Below, one piece after another: positions 9,415 to 19,223 of a stretch of DNA of 42,370 nt. The stretch's first letter is position 1; each line of letters begins with the position of its first letter. This stretch comes from a virus (taxonomy: Duplodnaviria > Caudoviricetes). The DNA lies in IMG/VR virus record IMGVR_UViG_3300032320_002033, positions 1-42,370 of that record; one strand, 5' to 3'. The notes beneath the pieces are model-generated. The model was not told the DNA's origin and did no database searches. It was given only the letters and a program-made list of their open reading frames with translations. The translations under genes and the position numbers were made by a program.

Positions 9415-10437
9415 ATGTCCTTATTTGTTGATCTAAAGTATCTAAGGCTGATTAGTAGTCAGCTTCCGTTGTTCAAACAAAAGAATAATAACCTGTATAA
9501 TTGCAGGTGTATAATCTGCGGAGATTCTTCCACAAAGAAAAATAAGGCAAGAGGTTATTTTTATGCAGTTAAAAATGATCTGTTCTACAAATGTCATAAC
9601 TGTAATGCATCGATGCACTTTGGTTCATTCCTAAAACAATTTAATGGATTGCAGTATAGTCAATATACACTTGAAAGATATAACGAAGGACTTCCTAGTA
9701 ATAAACCTCATCAAAAGATTGAAGATAAATTTAAGATGGAAGAACCCGTCTTTCAGAAAAAAGAAGAAAGATTACTAGATAAATTATTAGATAGACTTGA
9801 TACGTTACCCGAAGATAACGAAGCAGTTAAATTTTGCATCAAAAGAAATATACCATTAGAAAAGTTTCATAATTTATACTATATTAAGAACGTCAAAGAT
9901 ATTGTTCAACTGAATGAGAAATATAAAGAAACTATAAAAACAGATGAACCTAGATTAGTGTTGCCCTTTTACAACACCAATGATGAATTGATTGCAGTAA
10001 CTTGTAGAGCACTTCGTAATGAGAGTTTAAGATATGTTACTGTTAAGATCAAAGAAGATGAATTACTTGCCTTTGGTCTTGATAAATTAGATAAAGAAAA
10101 ACCTATTTTCGTTGTTGAAGGTCCTATTGATAGTTTATTTTTATCTAATTGTATTGCGGTGGCAGGTACTGCCTTCACTAAATTAGATACATTGAATTTG
10201 CCTAAAGATAAAGTTGTTGCTATTTTAGATAATCAACCTCGTAACAAAGATGTTTGTAAAATTTTAAATAAGATGATTGATAGTCAATATAAGGTTGTTA
10301 TCTGGCCTCAGTCGTTAGAACAAAAAGATATTAATGAAATGGTGTTAGCAGGAAAAAATCCTGCAGATATTATTAAGAAGCATACGTTTCAGGGATTGGA
10401 AGCAAAGATTAAATTTACAGAATGGAAAAGATGTTAA
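9415..10437 (+). CDS. 61: T4-like DNA primase (gp61)
   Basis: Zn-binding RCIICGDS...K.RGY...YKCHNC; TOPRIM motifs VVEGPIDSLF, DNQPRN and KDINEM. Confidence 0.93.
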   Translation: MSLFVDLKYLRLISSQLPLFKQKNNNLYNCRCIICGDSSTKKNKARGYFYAVKNDLFYKCHNCNASMHFGSFLKQFNGLQYSQYTLERYNEGLPSNKPHQKIEDKFKMEEPVFQKKEERLLDKLLDRLDTLPEDNEAVKFCIKRNIPLEKFHNLYYIKNVKDIVQLNEKYKETIKTDEPRLVLPFYNTNDELIAVTCRALRNESLRYVTVKIKEDELLAFGLDKLDKEKPIFVVEGPIDSLFLSNCIAVAGTAFTKLDTLNLPKDKVVAILDNQPRNKDVCKILNKMIDSQYKVVIWPQSLEQKDINEMVLAGKNPADIIKKHTFQGLEAKIKFTEWKRC

Positions 10438-10998
10438 ATGAAGATTTATAAATCAAATTATCGTAACCATTGGGTTTCTCCATATACTATTTTGGAGAAA
10501 ATTTTCTTTTGGCGCAAGATTGATTATGATGAACCAATTATTGAGAAATGGTCTAATCGTTTAAATCCTTTTTGTGTAGCATGGATGGATTTTTTAGATT
10601 TTGTGCATCCTAGAATAGATTATGTGAAGATTGATTATTATGATACATGGTCAATGGATTCTACATTGGCAAATATTATTCTACCAATGTTGAAACAACT
10701 AAAAGCAACAAAACATGGTTCACCATTTACTGATGCTGAAGATGTACCAGAACATTTGCGTTGCACAAATACTGAAAATTGGGATTCCCAAACTGTTTTT
10801 GATTTTTATCATGAATATAAAATTCAAGAAGGTGAACGAGATATTCATGCCAGATGGGACTGGATAATAAATGAAATGATTTATGCTTTCGAAATGAAAG
10901 TAAAAGATAATGATTGGGCAGCGACTAAAGAAGAATGCGAACGAGTGCAGAATGGACTCCGTTTATTCGGTAAATACTACGAAGGATTGTGGGACTAA
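10438..10998 (+). CDS. Conserved phage hypothetical protein
   Basis: ID..DTWSMD.TLA.IILPMLKQLK..KHG.P...RW.WI..EMI.AF...G..LFGKYY..LWD; abuts the primase stop. Confidence 0.7.
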   Translation: MKIYKSNYRNHWVSPYTILEKIFFWRKIDYDEPIIEKWSNRLNPFCVAWMDFLDFVHPRIDYVKIDYYDTWSMDSTLANIILPMLKQLKATKHGSPFTDAEDVPEHLRCTNTENWDSQTVFDFYHEYKIQEGERDIHARWDWIINEMIYAFEMKVKDNDWAATKEECERVQNGLRLFGKYYEGLWD

Positions 10999-10999
10999 A

Positions 11000-11185
11000 A
11001 TGACAGAACAAGAAAAGAAAGCTTTTGACGATTGGTGGAAAAAATTTTTCAGAGAACATATGAATCACACCGGATGGTCAACAATGCAATTGGAAAGTGT
11101 GTCTAAACAAGCTTGGGAAAAAGCTCTAGAATATAGAGACCAAGAAGCACTAAAGATTGAAAGATGGAATGGAGTAATTAAATGA
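11000..11185 (+). CDS. Hypothetical protein (61 aa)
   Basis: ATG at 11000 just after the previous stop with SD GGGA; overlaps the thyX start. Confidence 0.55.
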   Translation: MTEQEKKAFDDWWKKFFREHMNHTGWSTMQLESVSKQAWEKALEYRDQEALKIERWNGVIK

Positions 11186-11853
11186 AAGTAAAGTTAATAA
11201 GTTATTCTAAAGCAGCGAATGAATTAGAAGGTCTTGAGAATATTCAGGACCTAATTGCTTTTTGTGCAAGGGTAAGTAATCCTAGCAATCAATTTAATAG
11301 TGAAACAAGCGAAAAACTTATTAAATATCTAATTAATAATAAGCATTGGTCACCGTTAGAGATGGTGCACGCATGTATTGAAATAGAAACAACACGAGAT
11401 ATTGCTAGACAAATTTTACGCCATAGAAGTTTTTCATTTCAAGAGTTTAGCCAGCGGTATGCTGATCCAACAGAGCATTTAGATTTTGTTATACGATCCG
11501 CCAGATGGCAGGATACTAAGAATAGACAAAATAGTATTGAACTAGATTATACAGACCCAGATCAAAGAGAAACAGCTAAGATTTGGAAAGAAATGCAACA
11601 AAAGGTTCTTAAAGTTGCGGGTGAAGCGTATACTTGGGCAGTTACTAACGGTATTGCAAAAGAACAAGCTAGATCAGTGTTGCCCGAGGGTCTTACAGTA
11701 AGTCGACTCTATATGTCCGGAACTTTAAGAAGTTGGATCCATTATATTGAACTTCGTTCCGAAAACGGCACTCAGCAAGAGCATTCTGAGATCGCCAAAG
11801 CCTGCGCTAAAGTTATTTCTGAGATTTTCCCATTGTGCAAAGAATTGTCTTAA
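11182..11853 (+). CDS. thyX: Flavin-dependent thymidylate synthase
   Basis: HWSPLE, RQILRHRSFSFQEFSQRY (RHRx7S signature), KEQARSVLP, Q.EH. Confidence 0.96.
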   Translation: MKVKLISYSKAANELEGLENIQDLIAFCARVSNPSNQFNSETSEKLIKYLINNKHWSPLEMVHACIEIETTRDIARQILRHRSFSFQEFSQRYADPTEHLDFVIRSARWQDTKNRQNSIELDYTDPDQRETAKIWKEMQQKVLKVAGEAYTWAVTNGIAKEQARSVLPEGLTVSRLYMSGTLRSWIHYIELRSENGTQQEHSEIAKACAKVISEIFPLCKELS

Positions 11854-11859
11854 TAAATA
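11852..11859 (+). promoter_or_regulatory. T4-type late promoter (AATAAATA)
   Basis: Directly upstream of structural genes 11886/12242, in the loop of the inverted repeat aattgtctt/aggacaatt. Confidence 0.6.
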
Positions 11860-11885
11860 AACAGGACAATTAACAGCACACTAAA

Positions 11886-12245
11886 ATGACTACAAAAGTA
11901 TCCGCCGGCAATTTTTCCACCAGTATGTACGATTATGTGGCCTCTTTAAAAGCGGGCGGCCCTCGAATTGATACTATTGCTATAACTGATGCTGCATATA
12001 CTGTAACTGGTTCAAATATATTATCCGTAAATACTGGCGGTTATGTAAAAATTACTGGTTCAAATTTCCTAAGTAATACACAAGTTCTGGTTAGGCGCGG
12101 AGCAATGATTCCTGCTCTAACTATCACATATATAAGTAGTAGCGAATTGCGAGCAAGAGTTCCTGCATCAAATGTAGGAGTTAATATAGTTTATGTGGTT
12201 AACTATGATGGTAAATTCGCAGCCAACACAATAGGTTACGTATGA
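11886..12245 (+). CDS. Stand-alone IPT/TIG-like domain protein
   Basis: GPRI..I.ITD..Y.V...GGYVKITGSNF...QVLV...V.VVN.DG; aligns by eye with the N-terminus of the next ORF. Confidence 0.7.
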   Translation: MTTKVSAGNFSTSMYDYVASLKAGGPRIDTIAITDAAYTVTGSNILSVNTGGYVKITGSNFLSNTQVLVRRGAMIPALTITYISSSELRARVPASNVGVNIVYVVNYDGKFAANTIGYV

Positions 12246-15124
12246 CAACAAAACTATCAATAAACAATTTAACTGCAGAGACCCTAGCATGGATATCTGG
12301 CCCAAGAATTTCTTCTGTACAAATTACAGATGGTAATTATAATGTATTAGATGATACTGCAGCGAATGTGGGTGGCGGATATATACTTATTAATGGTAAC
12401 GATTTTGACCCAAATCCTCAAGTATTAATTGATAATATTTCGGCAACAACTGTAACAAGAGTTTCTAATAGTTTAATACGAGCACAAATTCCGCCGGCGG
12501 GATCTGCATCTTATAATGTTCTTGTAATTAATTCAGACGGTTCAACCGCAATTTTAGTTAATGGTTTGACATATTCTGCATTTCCTGCATGGATAACAGG
12601 TTCAAGTTTATCCTCAAAAGAAGCAATTGCCCCAATCAATATACAACTAAGTGCGAACGAAGCACAAAATTCTGCAATTATATATTCTTTAGCTGCAGCA
12701 AATACTTTACCCACAGGAACAATATTATACTCGAATGGATATATTCAGGGCAGGGTTACTGCAAATGCTAATGCTACATATAATTTTACTGTAGTTGCAA
12801 CTGATACACAAAATCAAGATGTATCAAGAGCCTTTTCATTACCTATAACTTTAAATACGCCTCCAGCTTGGTTAGGTCAACCTAGTATTTTACCTGTCTC
12901 ACAACCAATAGACTTATACAGTAACACAATTGTGGCAGTTGATCCAGCAATTGCATCTTACATAGTTACCTCAGGATCATTGCCACCGGGATTAACATTA
13001 GATATAGGTACCGGGGTAATATCTGGTAGAACTTCTGTAGGTAATCGCGGAACTCCGTATAGTTTTGTTGTTACTGCTACAGATACTGCTGGATTCTCCT
13101 CAACTAGAACTTTTAGCATAACTGTTGGTTCTATCGGATTTAATTTAATTCAGTTTTTATTAAAATCAAATGCTGATGCTGTTACTTCAAATAATCATAC
13201 TTTTGTGGATTCTTCAAGTAATCGTCAGATTACAAGAGTAAGTACTGCAAGTCAAGGGTCTGTTAGTCCCTTTTCTCTAACAGGGTGGAGTATTAATTTT
13301 CCGGGATATGAGAATTATATAACTACAGACAGTGGAAATGTTAAATACAATCCTGGTGCCACTGGGCCATGGACTCTTGAAACATATGTATATCCTTTAG
13401 AACAAGGTGCATTTTATGGAGTCGGTGGTGGAGGCGCATTTGGCAATAGTTTATCATTAAGTTGGATTAAATCTAGCCAAAAATTTCAATTTCAACAAGG
13501 TGATGGGGGTTCTACTCCGGTGAATATACTTGCCGCTAATACTAGTCCACGTTGCTCTTGGTATCATGTTGCAATATGTAAAGATTCAAATAACTTTATA
13601 CGAATGTTTGTCGATGGAACAATGGTAGGTTATAAATCGTATTCAGCTTCAATAAGTTCAGGCAATAGGCCAGTTATTAACGGATTGAATGATAATAATG
13701 GATTAGGTAAAGGTGGAGCTAACTGTTATGTTTCAAATTTAAGATGGGTTAAGGGTGGCGCACTATACGATAGTAATACTAGTTTTACTCCCCCAACTGG
13801 ACCTTTATCTCCTTCAGTTCCTGTAGGTAATTGCCATTTATTGGTTGGTGGTACTAATAATTTCACTGATCTTAGCGGATCTTCAAATTTAAGAATAGGT
13901 TTAGGAACTCCTAGTATTAAGTCATTTTCTCCTTTTGATCCTCAAAGCATATATATTCCTGGGGTGCAAGGAGGTAGCGGATATTTTAGTGGGTCAGGAT
14001 CATATTTAACAACAACATTACCTGGTTTTAAGACCGTATTTACGGTTGAATGTTGGGTATATCCAACACTATACATAGATAAATATATCCTAGGGGGAAC
14101 AGGAATTCCGGGACTTGGATTTCCAGCTGGAAAGTTTGGATTAGCAAGACCAGGAACCTGGTCAGTTCAAAGTATACAACCTGATCAAATGCAGTTGAAT
14201 ACATGGAATCACGTTGCATGGGTTAGACAAGGTAACGCTGCTACTGATGTAAAAATATTCCTAAATGGAAATATTGTAGCCACAGGCCAAGAAACGTATA
14301 TATACGCGGGAGGAAACGCAAGTATAGCAGCAGGGGATACTGCAGGATCTGCTGCATTTGGTGGATATATTGCTGGTTTACATATAGTCAATGGTGAGGC
14401 TTTGTATACTGCAAATACTTCACCTCCAACAAGCTTACCTACTGCTACACCAAATACAATTTTACTAATGAACTTTACTAATGCTAGCATTTACGATGCT
14501 ACAAGTAAAAATAATATATTAACTTTTGGTAACGTATTAGTGGACACAAATTCACCTAAGTATAGTGATTCGTCACTAACTTTTGATGGTACAGGAGATT
14601 ATTTAAGAATACCTAATTATTCCGGACCTGATCCATATGATAACCAATCTAAATTTACTATTGAAGGTTGGATATATCCTACACAATATCAAACCGTAGG
14701 AAATCCTACTCTTTTTATGGACGCCCAGCCAACCGCAGGGACTTTCTACTTTGGTGTAGGATTAAATGGCGGAACTCCTGGAGTAGGCAATTGCGGCAAA
14801 CCTTGTATTACTTGGTATGATGGTTCTAGTACGCAAAATGCAGTTGGTTCAAATGTGGTTGCATTAAATACTTGGACACACGTCGCATACGTAGCTAATG
14901 CAGGTGTTCTATCAATGTTTGTAAATGGTGTTTCGCAAACAGTAACAGGAACAACTACCTTAACAAATGTAAGTGGAACTACCGGTTTTTCAGTTATAGG
15001 TCAATGGAATAACGGTGGTAATGCTTATGGGTATTTTGGTAAGTTAGAAGATTTTCGTATAACAGAATCAGTTCTTTACACTAGCGATTTTATCCCGCCG
15101 ATACAATCATTACCTGCAGCCTAA
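12242..15124 (+). CDS. Virion protein with IPT/TIG, two putative Ig domains and three LamG/concanavalin A-like lectin domains
   Basis: LP.G..L...G.I.G and F.V.ATD Ig motifs; three (F/W)T.E.(W/Y).YP...W.HVA...(F/L).(N/D)G LamG-type repeats. Confidence 0.8.
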   Translation: MTTKLSINNLTAETLAWISGPRISSVQITDGNYNVLDDTAANVGGGYILINGNDFDPNPQVLIDNISATTVTRVSNSLIRAQIPPAGSASYNVLVINSDGSTAILVNGLTYSAFPAWITGSSLSSKEAIAPINIQLSANEAQNSAIIYSLAAANTLPTGTILYSNGYIQGRVTANANATYNFTVVATDTQNQDVSRAFSLPITLNTPPAWLGQPSILPVSQPIDLYSNTIVAVDPAIASYIVTSGSLPPGLTLDIGTGVISGRTSVGNRGTPYSFVVTATDTAGFSSTRTFSITVGSIGFNLIQFLLKSNADAVTSNNHTFVDSSSNRQITRVSTASQGSVSPFSLTGWSINFPGYENYITTDSGNVKYNPGATGPWTLETYVYPLEQGAFYGVGGGGAFGNSLSLSWIKSSQKFQFQQGDGGSTPVNILAANTSPRCSWYHVAICKDSNNFIRMFVDGTMVGYKSYSASISSGNRPVINGLNDNNGLGKGGANCYVSNLRWVKGGALYDSNTSFTPPTGPLSPSVPVGNCHLLVGGTNNFTDLSGSSNLRIGLGTPSIKSFSPFDPQSIYIPGVQGGSGYFSGSGSYLTTTLPGFKTVFTVECWVYPTLYIDKYILGGTGIPGLGFPAGKFGLARPGTWSVQSIQPDQMQLNTWNHVAWVRQGNAATDVKIFLNGNIVATGQETYIYAGGNASIAAGDTAGSAAFGGYIAGLHIVNGEALYTANTSPPTSLPTATPNTILLMNFTNASIYDATSKNNILTFGNVLVDTNSPKYSDSSLTFDGTGDYLRIPNYSGPDPYDNQSKFTIEGWIYPTQYQTVGNPTLFMDAQPTAGTFYFGVGLNGGTPGVGNCGKPCITWYDGSSTQNAVGSNVVALNTWTHVAYVANAGVLSMFVNGVSQTVTGTTTLTNVSGTTGFSVIGQWNNGGNAYGYFGKLEDFRITESVLYTSDFIPPIQSLPAA

Positions 15125-15131
15125 TATATAA

Positions 15132-15160
15132 TTGACTCTTAAGACAAAAGGTGTTAGAAT
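15132..15160 (+). promoter_or_regulatory. Sigma70-like promoter abutting the spanin start codon
   Basis: TTGACT (15132-15137), 17 bp, TAGAAT (15155-15160), then ATG at 15161. Confidence 0.55.
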
Positions 15161-15616
15161 ATGTGGATACTTAAATTTTTACCTGATTCATTACTAATAT
15201 TTTTAACCCATGCTATTACGGTATTGGGTATTTTGGCATTGGTTGCAGGATTCTTTTTAGCATTTATACCTTTGATTAAAAACTATGGTAGAATGTTAAA
15301 GATTGGCGGTACTGTATTATTACTAATTGGAATTTATTTTGAGGGTGGTTTGGCTGCAGAAATGGAATGGCGCAAGCGTGTAGCTGAGATGGAAGAAAAG
15401 GTTAAAGTAATTGAAAAGAAAGTAGTTATAACAAATACTAAGATACAAACTAAAGTAGTTGAAAAGATTAAAGTTATAAAAGAAAAAGGGCAGATACAAA
15501 AACAATATATAGAAAAAGAAATAGTAAAATATAATGATAAATGTGTTATACCAAAAGAATTTATTCAAGTGGTAAATGAAGCAGCTGCAAGCCCAAGCGG
15601 AGGCAAAGATGAATAA
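15161..15616 (+). CDS. Rz-like inner-membrane spanin
   Basis: N-terminal TM segments, coiled coil, C-terminal C.IP..F....N.AA; overlaps a lipoprotein gene. Confidence 0.72.
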   Translation: MWILKFLPDSLLIFLTHAITVLGILALVAGFFLAFIPLIKNYGRMLKIGGTVLLLIGIYFEGGLAAEMEWRKRVAEMEEKVKVIEKKVVITNTKIQTKVVEKIKVIKEKGQIQKQYIEKEIVKYNDKCVIPKEFIQVVNEAAASPSGGKDE

Positions 15617-15872
15617 ATTACTATTATCTATCGCTATATTTCTTACGGGGTGCTCAACCACCGTGCCTGTTGTTATGAAATTCCCAGACGCACCACCTAT
15701 TCTAAAAGAGAAGTGCGAGGAATTGATCAAATTAAATGATGATGCAAAACTTAGCGATGTTGCTACAGTTGTAGTACAAAATTATACGTTACATCATGAA
15801 TGTTCTACGAAAGTAGATGGTTGGATTGAATGGCATAAGAAGCAGAAAGAGCTGTTTGAATCTTTAAAGTAA
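15609..15872 (+). CDS. Rz1-like outer-membrane lipoprotein spanin
   Basis: Start at 15609: MNKLLLSIAIFLTG-C lipobox, then P..P..L...C and NY..HHEC...W. Confidence 0.78.
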   Translation: MNKLLLSIAIFLTGCSTTVPVVMKFPDAPPILKEKCEELIKLNDDAKLSDVATVVVQNYTLHHECSTKVDGWIEWHKKQKELFESLK

Positions 15873-15897
15873 TACAATAACAATTCGGAGTATATAA

Positions 15898-17712
15898 ATG
15901 GCAGAAAGTGTCGTACATGGAATAACTGTAGATTATTCTAAGGATTCCCTTTTCGATGAATTAGGGATTAAGAGATTAAAAGAATCATATATGAAAGAAG
16001 AAGAAAACTCTCCTCAGGAAAGGTTTGCCTATGTTTCAAAGACATTTAGTAGCAGCAAAGAGCATGCTCAAAGGTTGTATAATTACAGTAGCCGCCATTG
16101 GTTATCTTATTCTACTCCTATTCTCAGTTTTGGTCGTAGCAAGCGCGGGCTTCCTATTAGCTGTTTTTTGCCTTATCTGGATGATTCCGCGGAAGGTCTG
16201 GTTAATACGTTGGCAGAAGTCAACTGGCTCTCGATGCTAGGTGGAGGAGTAGGTATTGGACTTGGTATTCGTTCTGCAGATGATAAATCTGTTGGTATTA
16301 TGCCTCATCTTCGCACTTATGACGCCTCAAGTCTTGCGTACCGTCAAGGGCGAACTCGCCGTGGCTCTTATGCTGCTTATTTGGATATTTCCCATCCTGA
16401 CATACTTATATTTCTTGAAATGAGAAAACCAACAGGTGATCCTAATATGCGGACACTTAATTTGCATCATGGTATTAATATTACTGATAGCTTCATGCAT
16501 ATACTTGAAAAATGTATGAAGGATAAAGATGCAAATGATGATTGGGAATTAAAAGATCCTCATAGTAAAGAAGTAAGAGAAGTTGTATCAGCTAGAGAAT
16601 TATGGCAGCGCATACTTGAAATGAGAATGATGACAGGTGAACCATATCTACATTTTATTGATACAAGTAATCGTATGATGCCGGAGTTTCAAAAGAAACT
16701 TGGTCTAAGTATTAAACAATCAAATTTATGTTCTGAAATTATTTTGCCAACAGATAAAGAGCGTACTGCGGTATGTTGTTTATCCTCTGTTAATTTGGAG
16801 TACTATGATGAATGGAAAGACGACCCACAGTTTTTATACGATATTGCGGATATGCTTGACTGCGTTCTTACCTATTTCATTACTAATGCTCCTAGCAGCA
16901 TTGAAAGAGCAAAATACTCCGCTATGCGTGAGCGCAGCATTGGTATCGGCGCTCTTGGTTTTCATGCTCTTCTACAAGGGAAAGGGATAGCATTCGAATC
17001 AGCGTTAGCAAAATCTTTGAATATGAAAATGTTTAAATCCATTAAAGGAAAACTTGATGAAGCAAATTTATTATTGGGTAAAGAACGAGGCGAAGCACCT
17101 GATGCCGTTGGGACTGGTCGTAGGTTCAGCCATCTTATGGCCATTGCTCCTAATGCAAGCTCTAGTATCATCATGGGCAATACCTCTCCTAGTATTGAGC
17201 CTTACCGTGCCAATGCTTACCGCCAAGACACTCTATCGGGCTCTAGTTTAAATAAAAATAAGTTTTTAAATAAAGTCATTGAAGAACATTTGAATCCTGA
17301 TCCCGATGGTACAATTTCTACAGATCAGTATAATGAAATTTGGTCATCGATTATTGCAAACGATGGTTCGGTTCAGCATCTAACATGGATGGATGACTAC
17401 ACTAAATCAGTATTCAAAACTTCTATGGAAATAGATCAACGCTGGGTTATTGAACATGCTGCAGATAGACAACAGTATATAGATCAAGCACAATCAGTTA
17501 ATCTATTCTTTAGACCAGATGCAGACGTTAGATATTTACATGCTGTACATTTTATGGCATGGAAGCTTGGATTGAAAACACTTTATTATTGCCGCTCTGA
17601 AAAGATAGGCAAAGCAGATAAAGTTGCAAGAAAAATTGAAAGAGATGTAATTAAAGAATTAGATATGAAAGCTTTACTTGAGGGAGACACGTGTTTAGCA
17701 TGTGAAGGCTAA
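15898..17712 (+). CDS. nrdA: Class I ribonucleotide reductase alpha subunit (short, no evident ATP cone)
   Basis: PISCF, QGRTRRGSYA, SNLCSEI (thiyl Cys), AIAPNASSS, LKTLYY and C-terminal CLACEG. Confidence 0.96.
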   Translation: MAESVVHGITVDYSKDSLFDELGIKRLKESYMKEEENSPQERFAYVSKTFSSSKEHAQRLYNYSSRHWLSYSTPILSFGRSKRGLPISCFLPYLDDSAEGLVNTLAEVNWLSMLGGGVGIGLGIRSADDKSVGIMPHLRTYDASSLAYRQGRTRRGSYAAYLDISHPDILIFLEMRKPTGDPNMRTLNLHHGINITDSFMHILEKCMKDKDANDDWELKDPHSKEVREVVSARELWQRILEMRMMTGEPYLHFIDTSNRMMPEFQKKLGLSIKQSNLCSEIILPTDKERTAVCCLSSVNLEYYDEWKDDPQFLYDIADMLDCVLTYFITNAPSSIERAKYSAMRERSIGIGALGFHALLQGKGIAFESALAKSLNMKMFKSIKGKLDEANLLLGKERGEAPDAVGTGRRFSHLMAIAPNASSSIIMGNTSPSIEPYRANAYRQDTLSGSSLNKNKFLNKVIEEHLNPDPDGTISTDQYNEIWSSIIANDGSVQHLTWMDDYTKSVFKTSMEIDQRWVIEHAADRQQYIDQAQSVNLFFRPDADVRYLHAVHFMAWKLGLKTLYYCRSEKIGKADKVARKIERDVIKELDMKALLEGDTCLACEG

Positions 17713-17713
17713 T

Positions 17714-18355
17714 ATGAAAAGTAGGGTAGCAATATTCCTGCACCACCCTAAATGCTCGGTACAATCTGCGAACGGTATAATAAAGGCTCTAACACCTAAT
17801 TATACCTTTAAAATATTTACCAGACATGAGTTAGAAGATAGCTTTTTTGATGATATTGATCTAGTTGTATTTCCTGGAGGCATAGGTGATTCGGATTCAT
17901 ATGAGTATTTGTTAAAGGAAAACGTAGAATCAGTTAGAAAATTTGTTAAACGAGGTGGTAAATATCTTGGTATATGTATGGGTGCGTATTGGGCAGGTCA
18001 TCACTATTTTAATTTGCTAGATGGCATAAAAGATGTACAATATATAAAGAGACCTAAGACTGATATTAGACGATCATATTCTACTGCTGCAAAAATAAAT
18101 TGGGCAGGTAAAGAAGAAAGAATGTTTTTTTATGATGGTCCTACATTCCTCGGAGACAAAAATAAATTTAAAACTATAGCAACTTATGCTAACGGCGATC
18201 CAATGGCTATTATTCAAAAAAACGTAGGATTAATAGGATGTCATTTGGAAAGCGAACATTATTGGTATGAACAAAAGTATTTAGAAAAATATTGGCATAA
18301 GAATACTCATCATACCTTATTACTAAATTTTGTAGATAGACTGATGGAGAAATGA
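17714..18355 (+). CDS. BPL_N-like / class I glutamine amidotransferase-like protein
   Basis: VVFPGG, FVKRGGKYLGICMGAY (nucleophile Cys) and GCHLE; ATG 17714 follows the nrdA stop. Confidence 0.75.
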   Translation: MKSRVAIFLHHPKCSVQSANGIIKALTPNYTFKIFTRHELEDSFFDDIDLVVFPGGIGDSDSYEYLLKENVESVRKFVKRGGKYLGICMGAYWAGHHYFNLLDGIKDVQYIKRPKTDIRRSYSTAAKINWAGKEERMFFYDGPTFLGDKNKFKTIATYANGDPMAIIQKNVGLIGCHLESEHYWYEQKYLEKYWHKNTHHTLLLNFVDRLMEK

Positions 18356-18356
18356 T

Positions 18357-18539
18357 ATGATAGCAGAAATACCTTACATGCTCGTTTGGGGTTTCTTCTC
18401 AGCAATGGGATGGATGACCGCAAGTTGGACAGTAGATAAAGTTTATCCTGAAAAAGAGAAAGTAATGATTTGTAGAAAACAGGAATCGGGTGAACAGGAA
18501 TTGATTTGTACAGAAGAAAAGAAAGATGATAGGAAATAA
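18357..18539 (+). CDS. Small membrane protein
   Basis: Hydrophobic N-terminus (YMLVWGFFSAMGW); SD GGAG. Confidence 0.55.
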   Translation: MIAEIPYMLVWGFFSAMGWMTASWTVDKVYPEKEKVMICRKQESGEQELICTEEKKDDRK

Positions 18540-18542
18540 TCA

Positions 18543-19223
18543 ATGGCACACTTAGTTGCAAACATACCACCTGTCCACTGCTATATCCGAAAAGAGTTTC
18601 TTTATGACTTTGAAAAAGGTCATGGAGAATATGAACCATGTATATGGATTTCAATTAAAAGTATTCGTGGACAAGCATTTAGAATAGAATCTTATTTACC
18701 GAACTATGGCGCTGCTTATGACAAACTACCTCTTCATGCGTTTGTGTCACGCACAACGAATCTTGAACCTGAGAAGTTTTTACCTTTAGATACATTGCAA
18801 ATTTGGGATTGCTTTAGTTACGATTTTTCTGTAATTCAAAAATCATTCTTAAGAAATTTATCTGCCAAGTTTTATGCCAAAGACAAACAATTTTATCAAG
18901 GTAATTATTTGTTTACAGTAGACCATTCTGCTCCTGACTTAAATATTATAGACACAAGTTATGCAGAGTGGCCAGAGGATCACAAAAGTTTTAATTTTAT
19001 AGAATTAGATAATGGTCAGTATGCAGCACAACCAAACAATAGGTGTTTGTTTTTAGACGCAGCAAGTAATCCAAAAGAATTAAAGTTTCCTGATTTTAAA
19101 GTTTGCACCAAGAAATATGTCGTTGAGCAAAATCCAAAATGGGCATTGGGGGATACCGATACGGTAATGTACGAAAAAGAACAAGAAATAACTAAGGAAA
19201 GTAATGACAAAAACAAAAAGTAA
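18543..19223 (+). CDS. Conserved hypothetical protein (MA.L.ANIPP...AAQPNNR family)
   Basis: Motifs QIWDCFSY, G.YLFT.D, HKS and L.NGQ.AAQPNNR recalled from aquatic phages. Confidence 0.7.
   Translation: MAHLVANIPPVHCYIRKEFLYDFEKGHGEYEPCIWISIKSIRGQAFRIESYLPNYGAAYDKLPLHAFVSRTTNLEPEKFLPLDTLQIWDCFSYDFSVIQKSFLRNLSAKFYAKDKQFYQGNYLFTVDHSAPDLNIIDTSYAEWPEDHKSFNFIELDNGQYAAQPNNRCLFLDAASNPKELKFPDFKVCTKKYVVEQNPKWALGDTDTVMYEKEQEITKESNDKNKK

Noticed and set aside
15893-15900. TATAAATG before nrdA as a late promoter
   Set aside because: It mismatches the consensus and overlaps the start codon, so it could not produce a translatable nrdA mRNA.
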